A program made the position numbers and the translations under genes. Shown one piece after another: positions 30,983 to 40,641 of a DNA stretch of 64,000 nucleotides. The DNA comes from Sphingomonadaceae bacterium (lineage in GTDB: Bacteria; Pseudomonadota; Alphaproteobacteria; Sphingomonadales; Sphingomonadaceae). Location of the stretch: the NCBI GenBank assembly GCA_027533105.1, contig JAPZTW010000008.1, forward strand, positions 472,684 through 536,683, written 5' to 3'. The notes under the pieces are model-generated. The model had not been told where the DNA came from. It ran no database searches and worked only from the letters and a program-made list of their open reading frames with translations. Each line of letters begins with the position of its first letter. Within the stretch, counting starts at the first letter, position 1.

Positions 30983-31516
30983 ATGAGCAGGGCCCGCCGA
31001 TCCGATAGCTGGGGCTTCCCGCGCTGGGGAGGCTATGGTGGTGCGCGCGACACCGTGCAGGTCCGCCTGTGCGACCGGGTGGGCTGCACCGAACCCGGCA
31101 CCTGCCCGGCGCCGAAATCGCCCAACAGTCCGGAACGCTGGATGTTTTGCCAGCCCCATGCCGCCGAATACAACGCCGGCTGGGACTACTTCGCCGGTCT
31201 CACGGCCGAAGAGGCCGCCGAGCGCGAGGCGAGCGAGCGCCAGACCCATGAAGGCTACAAGGAATCGGCCCATTATGGCTGGGCCGGATCGGGCGATGGC
31301 AGCCGCAGCCGCGACGAGCTGCGCGCGCTCGACCTGCTGGAACTGACCCCGGACGCCGATTTCGAGGCGATCAAGAAGAGCTATCGGACCAAGGCCAAGG
31401 CCGTGCACCCCGACCTGCGCCCCGGTGACGAGGATGCCGCGAAGGCTTTTCAAGCGCTGCAATTGGCTTATGAAGTGCTCCGGGCGGCTGAAGAGCGAAG
31501 GGAATGGAAGGGATGA
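30983..31516 (+). CDS. Cys-motif plus C-terminal J-domain protein
   Basis: CDRVGC...C...CQPHA, then IKKSYRTKAKAVHPD J-domain. Confidence 0.88.
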   Translation: MSRARRSDSWGFPRWGGYGGARDTVQVRLCDRVGCTEPGTCPAPKSPNSPERWMFCQPHAAEYNAGWDYFAGLTAEEAAEREASERQTHEGYKESAHYGWAGSGDGSRSRDELRALDLLELTPDADFEAIKKSYRTKAKAVHPDLRPGDEDAAKAFQALQLAYEVLRAAEERREWKG

Positions 31517-32124
31517 AGGTTCGCCCTTTCCTGTTTTTATCTGCAATTTTATCAACAATTTACTGGACATCACCGGCAGCGGCCGACACCGGTGCGGCGA
31601 CGGTGCGCGATTGTCGAACGGCCGGGGCCAGCATGGCCGACAATCCCCGGATGGCGGCCATATTCGAGGCTGACCAGGCCGACCGCCGCGAAACCGCCGA
31701 CACCGACTGGCAGGCAGTCAATCGCCGCGACCTTGAGCGGTTAAGCGAAACCGAAGCCCTGATTGCAGCCAATGCCTTGGTGACAGGCCAGGATTTCCTG
31801 CGCGCGGCATTCGTGTTCCAGCATGGGAAGGAACCGCGTTCCTATCTCAAGGCGCACAGCATTGCGCTGGTGGCCATGGCCTGTGGCAACCGCGACGCTG
31901 TCTGGATCGCGACGGCGGCGCTCGATCGCTATCTCCAGGCGATCGGGCAGCCGCAGGTATTCGGCACGCAGTTCCGGTTTCCCGACCAGGCACCGGTTAC
32001 CCAAGAACCCTATGACAGGTCGCTGATCCCCGACACGCTGCGCCGACAGCTGGGGGTTCCCCCGCTGGCCGATCAGGAGCGCCAGCGCCTGCGGATGCAG
32101 GCCGAGGTCGAGCAGGGGCAATGA
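31513..32124 (+). CDS. Secreted hypothetical protein (DUF6624-like)
   Basis: Signal peptide; DQADR...FQHG...DRYL..IGQPQVFGTQF. Confidence 0.65.
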   Translation: MKVRPFLFLSAILSTIYWTSPAAADTGAATVRDCRTAGASMADNPRMAAIFEADQADRRETADTDWQAVNRRDLERLSETEALIAANALVTGQDFLRAAFVFQHGKEPRSYLKAHSIALVAMACGNRDAVWIATAALDRYLQAIGQPQVFGTQFRFPDQAPVTQEPYDRSLIPDTLRRQLGVPPLADQERQRLRMQAEVEQGQ

Positions 32125-32666
32125 TCGCCCATTCGGGCGGGCAGGCGTTAGATCCGGCTGCCCGGCGCGATCGGATCGAGGCCGGCCGGGTCGTCCTGCG
32201 CCGCGCCTGCGACGACGATCTGGCGATGTTTCATGCGGCGATGAGCGACCCCGGGGTGATGCGTTACTGGTCGACCCCGCCGCACGAGGATCTGGCAACC
32301 AGCCGCGACTGGGTGGCAGCGATGATTGCGGCCGATCCGCAGATCAGCGACGATTTCGTGATCGAAGTCGGCGGTCGGCCGATCGGCAAGCTGGGCTGCT
32401 GGCGGATTCCCGAGCTGGGCTATCTGCTGCACCCCGATTTCCACGGACAGGGCTATGCCAGCGAGGCCTTGGCCGCTTTCGTGGACTATATGCGCAGGCG
32501 CGGCCTGGCGGCGCTCAAGGCCGATGTCGATCCGCGCAATCTGGCCTCGCTCCGCCTGCTGGAGCGGGCCGGTTTCGTCGAAACCGCGCACGTTGCCGGA
32601 ACCTGGCTGGTGGCCGGGGAGCTGTGCGACAGCGTCTATCTGGAGCTGTCGCTCACCCCTTCCTGA
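32121..32666 (+). CDS. GNAT N-acetyltransferase (RimJ/RimL-like)
   Basis: ELGYLLHPDFHGQGYASEA, NLASLRLLERAGF. Confidence 0.88.
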   Translation: MIAHSGGQALDPAARRDRIEAGRVVLRRACDDDLAMFHAAMSDPGVMRYWSTPPHEDLATSRDWVAAMIAADPQISDDFVIEVGGRPIGKLGCWRIPELGYLLHPDFHGQGYASEALAAFVDYMRRRGLAALKADVDPRNLASLRLLERAGFVETAHVAGTWLVAGELCDSVYLELSLTPS

Positions 32667-33144
32667 ACCGCTTGATCGTGGCCGAAAAGGCCAGGACATT
32701 GCGCCCGGCATCATCGATGATCCCGCGTACGAAGACCACACTGCCGCCTGCGCGCACCACTTCGCCCCGTGCAGTCAGCAATCGACCCGGCTCGGCCGCG
32801 CCGACAAATTCGCAGTTCATCGTCATGGTCACCCCGTGAACCGAGGTGTCCATGCCGCCCCCGATCATGAACAGGGCATAGTCGGCAAAGGTCATCAGTG
32901 CCCCGCCGTGGATATTGCCGCCGCCGTTGCGGTTCTTGGCTTCGGGGATGAAGCCGCAGACCACCGGCGCATCGGGGCCTTCACCTTCTGGCCGGCAATA
33001 GAACGGGCCGACATGCTCTTCGAAGTCGTCGACCGGTTCCCAGTGGTACCAGCCCTGCCAGGCCCCCTCGGTAACCGGCCGGAGCCGCCACAGGCCGGGC
33101 TCTGGCGAGTCGGTCGCGAGCTTGTCGTGGGTGTGTTCGCTCAT
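32653..33144 (-). CDS. PaaI family thioesterase
   Basis: NGGGNIHGGALMTFAD. Confidence 0.88.
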   Translation of the reverse strand: MSEHTHDKLATDSPEPGLWRLRPVTEGAWQGWYHWEPVDDFEEHVGPFYCRPEGEGPDAPVVCGFIPEAKNRNGGGNIHGGALMTFADYALFMIGGGMDTSVHGVTMTMNCEFVGAAEPGRLLTARGEVVRAGGSVVFVRGIIDDAGRNVLAFSATIKRFRKG

Positions 33145-33300
33145 GGTCCCAGCCTTGAGCAGAAGCCGCCGTTGCTATCAAGCCTTGCCACGCTCCCGGA
33201 TGCCGCATAGCCTCTTAAAACACCGTGCGGTCAGAGGGGTGGGCTGGCCAGAGCACGGAACAATCGGGTTGCGCTCATTCCCCGCCCGGGGGAGAGACCG

Positions 33301-34611
33301 ATGACCGAGGCCACAGCCGGTATTGCGCCGGTGATCAAGGCCGCCCGCGTCGAATCGCTCGACGTGCTGCGCGGAATTGCCGTGTTCGGCATTCTGATGA
33401 TGAACATTACTGCCTTCGGCCTGCTGTTCCAGGCCTATGGCAACCCGACCGTCGATGGCGGGGCCGAAGGGATCAACCTGACGGTCTACAAGATCATCAA
33501 CGTCGGCTTCGAAGGCACCATGCGCGGTATCTTCTCGCTGCTGTTCGGGGCCGGGATCGTGCTGCTGACCCGGCGGATGGAGCAGGCCGGCGCGGGGATC
33601 ATGGCTGCCGAAATCCATTTCAGGCGCATGCTGTGGATGATGCTGTTCGGGGTGATTCACTGGACGCTGATGCTGTGGACCGGGGAAATCCTGTTCGCCT
33701 ATTCGCTGTGCGGGCTGGTGCTGTTCTCGTTCCGCAAGCTCGCCCCGCGCAGCCTGCTGACCATCGGTGGTGCGCTGCTGCTGATGGCCATGGCCATGTT
33801 CTATGGCGGCTATCACAGCCTGGTCGAGACGCGAGACAAGGCGGTTGCCGCCCAGGCCGCGACGGCGGCGGGCACAACGCTGACAGCCGACCAGAACAAG
33901 GCGATCGAAGCCTGGAAGAAGGCCGAGGGCGCCTGGCGGGCAACTCCGGAGAACGCCGCCGAACAGCGGGCCTGGCACAGCGGCTCCTATGGCCAGGCGG
34001 TGGCGGGACAACTACCCGGCAGTTTCGAATTCCAGTGGGTTGGCCTGCCGATCTTCTTCTTCTTCGACATGGTGCCGTTCATGCTGATCGGCATGGCGCT
34101 GCTCAAGCTGGGGGTGCTGGGGGGCGAACGATCCTTGCGGTTCTACCTGGGGATGATGGTGGCGGGTTATGCCATCGGCATTCCGCTGGGGCTTTACGAG
34201 ATGAACATCATCGTCAGCTCCGGCTTCGACCTGATTGCGGCCAAGCGGGCCGACACGACCTATGAACTGAGCCGGTTTGCCATGGTGGTCGGCCACCTTG
34301 GACTGTTCCTGACGATGATCCGGGCAGGCCTGTTCAAGGCGCTGCAGCGGGGGCTGGCGGCGGTCGGCACCATGGCGCTCACCAATTACCTGATGCAGAC
34401 AATCATCTGTACCTGGCTGTTTTATGGCTTCGGCCCCGGGCTGGGCCTGTACGGCCAGCTCGAACGGCATGAACTCTACTATGTGGTGGGGGCGATCTGG
34501 CTGGCGGAACTGGCCTGGAGCGTGGTCTGGCTGCGCCATTTCCGGTTCGGATCCTTCGAGTGGCTATGGCGCTCGCTGACCTATTGGCAGCGCCAGCCGC
34601 TCAGGCTCTGA
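33301..34611 (+). CDS. DUF418 (YeiB-like) membrane protein
   Basis: RVESLDVLRGIAVFGILMMN, VGTMALTNYLMQT, GSFEWLWRSLTY. Confidence 0.88.
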   Translation: MTEATAGIAPVIKAARVESLDVLRGIAVFGILMMNITAFGLLFQAYGNPTVDGGAEGINLTVYKIINVGFEGTMRGIFSLLFGAGIVLLTRRMEQAGAGIMAAEIHFRRMLWMMLFGVIHWTLMLWTGEILFAYSLCGLVLFSFRKLAPRSLLTIGGALLLMAMAMFYGGYHSLVETRDKAVAAQAATAAGTTLTADQNKAIEAWKKAEGAWRATPENAAEQRAWHSGSYGQAVAGQLPGSFEFQWVGLPIFFFFDMVPFMLIGMALLKLGVLGGERSLRFYLGMMVAGYAIGIPLGLYEMNIIVSSGFDLIAAKRADTTYELSRFAMVVGHLGLFLTMIRAGLFKALQRGLAAVGTMALTNYLMQTIICTWLFYGFGPGLGLYGQLERHELYYVVGAIWLAELAWSVVWLRHFRFGSFEWLWRSLTYWQRQPLRL

Positions 34612-34667
34612 CAGGGCAGAGTGATCTGGCGCGGGCGGTATTGCTTACCGTCCGCGCCAGGCACTGA

Positions 34668-35951
34668 TCACACTGCTTCGAGGGCCTGTTCGAAGTCGGC
34701 GATAAGGTCGTCCGCCGCTTCGATCCCGATCGAGATGCGCACCAGGTTGTCGGTAATCCCCAGCGCCGCCTTGCGCTCGTCCGGCACCGACAGGTGCGTC
34801 ATGCTGGCCGGGTGGCTGGCCAGCGTCTCGGTCCCGCCAAGGCTAACCGCCAGCTTGGCGATCTGCAGGGCGTCGAGAAAGCGAAAGCTTTCCGCCTCGC
34901 CGCCCTTGATGAACAGGCTGAAGGTGCTGCCTGCTCCGGTGCAGTGGCGGTTATAGATGTCCTGCTGGCGCGGGTCGACGATCATGCCGAGATAGCCGAG
35001 GCCCTCGACCTTCGGGTGATCCTTCAGCCATGCGCAGACCTTGGCCGCGTTCTCGCCCGCGCGGCTCATCCGCAGTTCGACCGTTTCGAGGCTGCGCATC
35101 AGCATCCAGGCGGTGTTGGGATCGGCGATCGTGCCCATGGTGTTGCGCAGCATCCGGATCGGATCCATCCACTTCCTGGCCCCTGACAGGCCACCCGCGA
35201 CCAGGTCGGAATGGCCACCGACATATTTGGTCAGCGAATAGACCACGATGTCCGCGCCCTGCCTGATCGGCTGCTGCCACAGGGGGCCAAGGAACGTGTT
35301 GTCGATGGCGATCGGCGCGCTGGGACACAGTGCATCGCGCGCGGCCGCCACGGCCTCCACATCGACCAGGGCATTGGTCGGGTTGGCCGGACTTTCCAGG
35401 TACAGCATGGCCACCTTGCCGCCCTGCTTGGCGGCCAGGGCCTGGCCTTCTTCCAGCTTGGCCTCGATCTCCGCGCGGGTCGCCCCGGCCGGAAAATCGA
35501 CATAGCCCACGCCGAAGCGCGACAGGGTCTTGGCGATGAAGCCTTCGGTCGCGGCATAGAGCGGCCCCGAATGGACGATCACGTCGCCCTGGTTGCAATG
35601 TGCCAGGAACAGCGTGGCAATCGCCGACATGCCGCTGGAAAAGACCAGTGCCTCCTCGGCCCCGTCCCACAGCGCGAGGCGGCCTTCCAGGATCTGCTGG
35701 TTGGGGCCGTTGAAACGCGAGTAGACCAGGCCATCGGTGCCGCCGGGGCGTTTGCCGGTGATCCCCTCGAAGAAGCGCTTGCCATCGGCGGCGCTTGGGA
35801 AGGCAAAGGTGCTGGTCAGGAAGATCGGGGCCTTGAGGCTGCCCTCGGACAACACGGGATCATAGCCATGTCCCATCATCAGCGTGGCGGGCGAGAGTTC
35901 GTGATTGCCGATGCGGGTTACGGCGGGCTTGGGCTTGCGGGTGTCGGCCAT
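34668..35951 (-). CDS. Cys/Met metabolism PLP enzyme (cystathionine gamma-synthase / Met gamma-lyase family)
   Basis: YSRFNGP, FSSGMSAI, ESPANPT, DNTF, SLTKYVGGHSD, VSLGGTETL. Confidence 0.92.
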   Translation of the reverse strand: MADTRKPKPAVTRIGNHELSPATLMMGHGYDPVLSEGSLKAPIFLTSTFAFPSAADGKRFFEGITGKRPGGTDGLVYSRFNGPNQQILEGRLALWDGAEEALVFSSGMSAIATLFLAHCNQGDVIVHSGPLYAATEGFIAKTLSRFGVGYVDFPAGATRAEIEAKLEEGQALAAKQGGKVAMLYLESPANPTNALVDVEAVAAARDALCPSAPIAIDNTFLGPLWQQPIRQGADIVVYSLTKYVGGHSDLVAGGLSGARKWMDPIRMLRNTMGTIADPNTAWMLMRSLETVELRMSRAGENAAKVCAWLKDHPKVEGLGYLGMIVDPRQQDIYNRHCTGAGSTFSLFIKGGEAESFRFLDALQIAKLAVSLGGTETLASHPASMTHLSVPDERKAALGITDNLVRISIGIEAADDLIADFEQALEAV

Positions 35952-35977
35952 GCTTGGCGTCCTTCCTGTCTCGGCCT

Positions 35978-36088
35978 TGGCATCAAGGCGCGGTCGCTCC
36001 CAGGAAGGCGGGAGCGGGATGAGGCGTGCGGGGGCGCTGGCGCACCTAACCTCCGCAGGTGCGCATCTCCTCCCGAACCCTGATGCCA
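35978..36088 (-). ncRNA. Candidate structured 5' leader (riboswitch-like)
   Basis: 11-bp closing stem UGGCAUCAGGG/CCUUGAUGCCA plus internal 8-bp and 7-bp hairpins; ends 26 nt before the ATG. Confidence 0.35.
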
Positions 36089-36110
36089 GCCTGTCTATCG
36101 GCGGTGAAAA

Positions 36111-36944
36111 ATGATTTCAACTGCAACCGGAATCGGTTGTGGATGGCGATTGCCGAGGTCCCGCGACCGGGCTAGCCTGCCCCCCTTGTTGCGCGCCACG
36201 GCCCTTGTCCCGCTTGTTTTTGCCGCCCTTGGCCAGGCCGCGCCGGCTGCCGCGCGGCAGGCGATCGAGCTGCCCCGGATCGATCAGCGCGTGGCCGTGC
36301 CGGATCCCCTGCCGCTGAGCCGGACAAGCTGCCATGGCCTGATCGGATGGCTGGATCGCAGCGATCCCGGCGCGCGGATCGTGCGGGCTGCTCCCTCGTT
36401 CGATGCCCCCGAACTGGGCCGCATTCCGCAACCGGTGGAAATGGGCGAGGAGATTGTCCCGCCGGAAGTGCGGATCATCGGCAGCCAGGATGGCTGGCTG
36501 GAGATTGAAGGCGCGGCGTTCGATGCCACCTGGCTCGATCGACCCGCCCCGGCAACCTATTCCGGACGCGGCTGGATCATGGGCGAGGGGCTGAGGGTTA
36601 CCGTCCAGGCCGAGTTTGGCTTTGCCCGCCCGTCGCACAGCGCACCCGTGGTGATCGATGCGCGGCCCGGTGGCGGCGTGCTGGAAGAGTTCGGGCCGAC
36701 TCAGGTGATCGCCTGCCAGGGCCGCTGGATCCTGGGCGAATTCGTTCCGGTCTGGCTTGGCGTGAGTGAGGTCCGGGAGCTGGCCTATCGCCGCGAAGCC
36801 GTGGTCAAGACCAGCCAGAAGGGCAAGCCGCAGGCCCTGCGGGCCTGGGTGGCGGGCATCTGCAACAATCTTGAGACCACCTGTGACGGTCTGGACGGCA
36901 ACCGCGCCGAAACAAGCCGGCTCGGGCTGGAACTGGATCGCTAG
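36111..36944 (+). CDS. Secreted hypothetical protein with two SH3b-like repeats
   Basis: IVRAAPSFDAP...IIGSQDGWLEI and FARPSHSAPV...VIACQGRW; start uncertain. Confidence 0.6.
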   Translation: MISTATGIGCGWRLPRSRDRASLPPLLRATALVPLVFAALGQAAPAAARQAIELPRIDQRVAVPDPLPLSRTSCHGLIGWLDRSDPGARIVRAAPSFDAPELGRIPQPVEMGEEIVPPEVRIIGSQDGWLEIEGAAFDATWLDRPAPATYSGRGWIMGEGLRVTVQAEFGFARPSHSAPVVIDARPGGGVLEEFGPTQVIACQGRWILGEFVPVWLGVSEVRELAYRREAVVKTSQKGKPQALRAWVAGICNNLETTCDGLDGNRAETSRLGLELDR

Positions 36945-38347
36945 CCGGCCAGCGCGGCCACGCCCCAGATCACTCCCACCAGCAGGAACACGCCCGCCAG
37001 GTCCAGCAGCAGCCCGGCCTTGAGTACGCGCGGCAAGGCGATGTGGCCCGTGGCCCAGGCAATCGCATTGGGGCCGGTCCCCGATGGCAGCATGAAGCCC
37101 CAGCTTGCGGCGAGCGCCGCGGGCAGGGCCAGCAGGATCGGATCGGCCCCAAGCGCCACGACCAGCGCGGCCACCACCGGCATGATCCCGCTGGCCGCCG
37201 CCACGTTGCTGGCGAATTCGGTGATAACGATCACGAAGGCCACCAGCACCAGGGCAACGATCGGCAGCGGCACGGCTTTGAGCGGCAGCAGCATCTGCCC
37301 CAGCCAGTCGGCCAGGCCCGAGGCGCTCATCCCCATGGCCAGCGCCAGGCCGCCGCCAAACATCAGTACCACATCCCAGGGGGCGCGGTTGGCTTCTGCC
37401 CAGGTCAGCATCGGCCGGCCGGTGCCATCGGGCAGCACGAACAGCGTGAGGCCGGCGATCACCGCGATGGTTCCGTCCGTCAGCCCGCCCTTGGGAAACA
37501 GCGGCTCGGTCCAGTACTGGGTCAGCCAGGCCAGCACGGTCAGGATGAAAACCGGCAGCAGGCGTTTTTCGGCAATGCTCCAGGCCGCATTCGAGCGGAT
37601 CGCCTGGCGGGCGGCGGCTGGATCGAAATTGTCATCACCGATCCGCTGGACCCGAGCGATGATCAGCGCGGCGAGCGGCACTGCGAGTAACACGACCGGC
37701 AAGCCATAAAGGCTCCATTCGGCAAAGCTCAGCTCGATCCCCAGGCTTTTCTCGAGCAGTCCGGCCGAGATCGCGTTGGTGGGCGATCCCACCATCGTTC
37801 CCAGCCCGCCAATCGAGGCGGCAAAGGCGATCCCCATGGGCAGGGCTCCGGCGATGCCGCCGGTCTCGCCGGGCCGCACGCCGCCCGAGGCCAGCATCGC
37901 CAGCGCCATCGGCATCATGATCAGTGCCGTCGACGTATTGGAAATGAACATCGACAGCACGGCGGTGGCGGCCATCACCGCCAGCAGCAGTTGCCAGTTC
38001 GATCCGCCCGCGCGGCTCAGGATCGCCAGCGCGAGGCGGCGGTGCAGCCCGGTCCGCTCGATCGCCAGGGCCAGGAAGGCCCCGCCCAGAAACAGGAACA
38101 TGATCGGCGAGTAATAGGCCGCAGCGGTCTTGGTCGCATCGGCCACGCCCAGCAACGGCAGGACCACGAATGGCAGGAAGGCCGTGGCGTAAAGCGGCAG
38201 GGCCTCAGCCATCCACCAGACCGCCATCCACCAGACCAGGCCCGCCACTGGCCAGGCCAGCGGCGGCATGCCCGCCGGGGCGGCGGTCAGCAGGGTGGCA
38301 AGCAAGCCCAGCGGGCCAAGCCAGAGGGCGATGCGCTGGATCGTCAT
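36941..38347 (-). CDS. SLC13/DASS family anion transporter
   Basis: SMFISNTST, GTMVGSPTN, FMLPSGTGPNAI. Confidence 0.92.
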   Translation of the reverse strand: MTIQRIALWLGPLGLLATLLTAAPAGMPPLAWPVAGLVWWMAVWWMAEALPLYATAFLPFVVLPLLGVADATKTAAAYYSPIMFLFLGGAFLALAIERTGLHRRLALAILSRAGGSNWQLLLAVMAATAVLSMFISNTSTALIMMPMALAMLASGGVRPGETGGIAGALPMGIAFAASIGGLGTMVGSPTNAISAGLLEKSLGIELSFAEWSLYGLPVVLLAVPLAALIIARVQRIGDDNFDPAAARQAIRSNAAWSIAEKRLLPVFILTVLAWLTQYWTEPLFPKGGLTDGTIAVIAGLTLFVLPDGTGRPMLTWAEANRAPWDVVLMFGGGLALAMGMSASGLADWLGQMLLPLKAVPLPIVALVLVAFVIVITEFASNVAAASGIMPVVAALVVALGADPILLALPAALAASWGFMLPSGTGPNAIAWATGHIALPRVLKAGLLLDLAGVFLLVGVIWGVAALAG

Positions 38348-38374
38348 CGGCCCTCTCCCGGCCTGGCGTGGAAC

Positions 38375-38917
38375 TTACTTGGGCGCCAGCACCATCAGCA
38401 TCTGGCGGCCTTCCATGCGGGGATAGGCCTCGATCTTGGCGTCCTCGGCGGTGTCTTCCTGAACGCGCTTCAAGAGGTTCATGCCCAGCTGCTGGTGCGA
38501 CAACTCGCGACCGCGGAAGCGCAGGGTCACCTTGACCTTGTCACCTTCACCGATGAACTTGTGGATCGCGCGCATCTTCACGTCATAGTCGTGATCGTCG
38601 ATGTTCGGACGCATCTTGATCTCCTTGATCTCCTGCGTCTTCTGGTTCTTGCGCGCCAGGTTGGCCTTTTTCTGGGCCTCGTAGCGGAACTTGCCGACAT
38701 CAAGGAACTTCGCCACCGGCGGATCGGCGTTGGGAGAGATCTCAACCAGGTCCAGCCCTACTTCGGCCGCCTGCTCGATCGCCTCGCGGGTATACATGAC
38801 GCCAAGGTTCTCACCATTCTCGTCAATGACGCGGACCTTGTCCGAGGTGATCATCTGGTTGTAGCGCGGCCCGCTCTTTACGGGGGGCGCCAACATGCGC
38901 CGGGGTGGGGGTGCTAT
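38375..38917 (-). CDS. infC: Translation initiation factor IF-3, predicted ATA start
   Basis: [36 protein letters not shown]; AAGGAG lies 8 nt before the in-frame ATA at 38917. Confidence 0.93.
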   Translation of the reverse strand: MAPPPRRMLAPPVKSGPRYNQMITSDKVRVIDENGENLGVMYTREAIEQAAEVGLDLVEISPNADPPVAKFLDVGKFRYEAQKKANLARKNQKTQEIKEIKMRPNIDDHDYDVKMRAIHKFIGEGDKVKVTLRFRGRELSHQQLGMNLLKRVQEDTAEDAKIEAYPRMEGRQMLMVLAPK

Positions 38918-39002
38918 AGGTCCTGCTCCTTGAGGCAATGAATTGATGCGCGCGTCCTTAATCGGAATCTGCGCGCGGTGGAAGCGGCGAATTTACGTCA
39001 CT

Positions 39003-39674
39003 TCACAAGGGTGCTTCACGCCAGACCGGCACCTGAACCAGCTGGCCCCGCACCGGTAGCACGGCATGGACTGCGCGGGCCGGCTGCATCGCGGCGATGA
39101 TTGCCGGATCGGCCACGTCCATTCCGCCGGTAAAGGCGCCGAAGGCCGGCAGGATCAGCTTGCGTTCGCTGGCCGCCCAGCAGGGCCGCGCGACCGACCG
39201 ACCCCGCGCCGCGATCCGCAGCTTGGGATGAAAATGGCCGGAAAGCTCGGCTTTTTCCTCGCCCGGCAGCGCCTCGTGCCGCAGCACCAGCGCACCGATC
39301 GCAAGTTCATCCAGCATGGTGCCGGGCGCGCCCCCCGCATCATGGTTCCCGCCGATCCACACCCAGTCGACCACCCGGGTCAGTGCGGCCAGCATCCCCG
39401 CGGCGTGCGGCTCCAGCCGGTTGGCGCCTGCGCCGTCGTGGAAATTGTCACCCAGGGTAAAGACCCGCCGCGCCCCGCTGGCGCGAATCGCCGTGGCCAC
39501 CCGTTCCAGCGTCTCGCGGCTGTCATAGGGCGGCAGCATCTGCCCGAAGCGGGCATAGAAGCTGGCCTTTTCGAGGTGCAGGTCCGCCACCAACAAGGCC
39601 TGTTCGCGCGGCCAGTACAGCGCGCCGCCATCCAGCAGCGCCATCTCCTCACCGGCGAACGAAAAGGGAACCAT
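39003..39674 (-). CDS. pdeM: Ligase-associated DNA damage response endonuclease (metallophosphoesterase)
   Basis: VADLHLEK, LGDNFHD, GNHD, SGHFHPK, PAFGAFTGG. Confidence 0.88.
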   Translation of the reverse strand: MVPFSFAGEEMALLDGGALYWPREQALLVADLHLEKASFYARFGQMLPPYDSRETLERVATAIRASGARRVFTLGDNFHDGAGANRLEPHAAGMLAALTRVVDWVWIGGNHDAGGAPGTMLDELAIGALVLRHEALPGEEKAELSGHFHPKLRIAARGRSVARPCWAASERKLILPAFGAFTGGMDVADPAIIAAMQPARAVHAVLPVRGQLVQVPVWREAPL

Positions 39675-39733
39675 GGCTTTTCCTTGCCGGAACGCTTCCG
39701 CCTTGGCAAGGGCCCCAAAAGCCGAGGATAAGC

Positions 39734-40591
39734 ATGACCGACTGGACCCCCCACACCGCCCGCGCCAAGGCCTGGTTTGAAAGCCTGCGCGACCGGATCT
39801 GCGCCGAATTCGAGAGCATCGAGGCCGAGGCCGGCAGCCCGGCGCGGTTCGAATACACCTCGTGGCAGCGCGAAGAGGAAGGCAACCCCAATCCCGGCGG
39901 TGGCACCTGCGGGGTGATGAAGGGCCAGGTGTTCGAAAAGGTCGGCGTCAACGTCTCTACCGTCCATGGCAGCTTCGCGCCGCAATTCGCTGCCAGCATC
40001 AATGGCGCCAGTGTGGAGAACCCGCATTTCACCGCCACCGGGATCAGCCTCGTCGCGCACATGGCGAACCCGCACGTGCCCGCCGTGCACATGAACACCC
40101 GCTTCCTGACCACGACCAAGGCCTGGTTCGGCGGCGGCGGCGATCTCAACCCGCCGATCCCCTATGCGGAGGATACCGCCGAGTTCCATGCAGCCTTCCA
40201 GGCCGCCTGCGACGCCCACGATCCGGCGTATTATCCCAAGTTCAAGGCCTGGGCGGACGAGTACTTCTTCATCCCCCACCGGGGTGTCCACCGCGGCGTG
40301 GGCGGGATCTTCTACGATCACCTGGAATGCCCCGACGATGCCGGGTTCGAGGCCAATTTCGCCTTCACCCGCGATGTGGGCGAGGCCTTCCTGGCGGTGT
40401 TCCCCAAGCTGGTCCGCCGCCGCATGGGCATGGCCTTTACCGATGCGGACAAGCGCCAGCAGCTCGAATGGCGCGGGCGCTATGCCGAATTCAACCTGGT
40501 CTATGACCGCGGCACCCTGTTCGGCCTCAAGACCGGCGGCAATATCGACGCGATCCTGATGAGCCTGCCCCCCGAAGCGACCTGGAGCTGA
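39734..40591 (+). CDS. hemF: Oxygen-dependent coproporphyrinogen III oxidase
   Basis: FEKVGVNVS, HMNTR, WFGGGGDL, RGRYAEFNLVYDRGT. Confidence 0.96.
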   Translation: MTDWTPHTARAKAWFESLRDRICAEFESIEAEAGSPARFEYTSWQREEEGNPNPGGGTCGVMKGQVFEKVGVNVSTVHGSFAPQFAASINGASVENPHFTATGISLVAHMANPHVPAVHMNTRFLTTTKAWFGGGGDLNPPIPYAEDTAEFHAAFQAACDAHDPAYYPKFKAWADEYFFIPHRGVHRGVGGIFYDHLECPDDAGFEANFAFTRDVGEAFLAVFPKLVRRRMGMAFTDADKRQQLEWRGRYAEFNLVYDRGTLFGLKTGGNIDAILMSLPPEATWS

Positions 40592-40641
40592 ACGGACGCA
40601 ATAAGCCTTGCTCAAAGGGGGCTTCCGCCCCCATTTAGGGC

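Noticed and set aside
35978-36088. Assignment to a known SAM-II, SAM/SAH or SAH riboswitch, or to 6S RNA
   Set aside because: The signature sequences were not matched by eye, so it is reported only as an unassigned structured leader.
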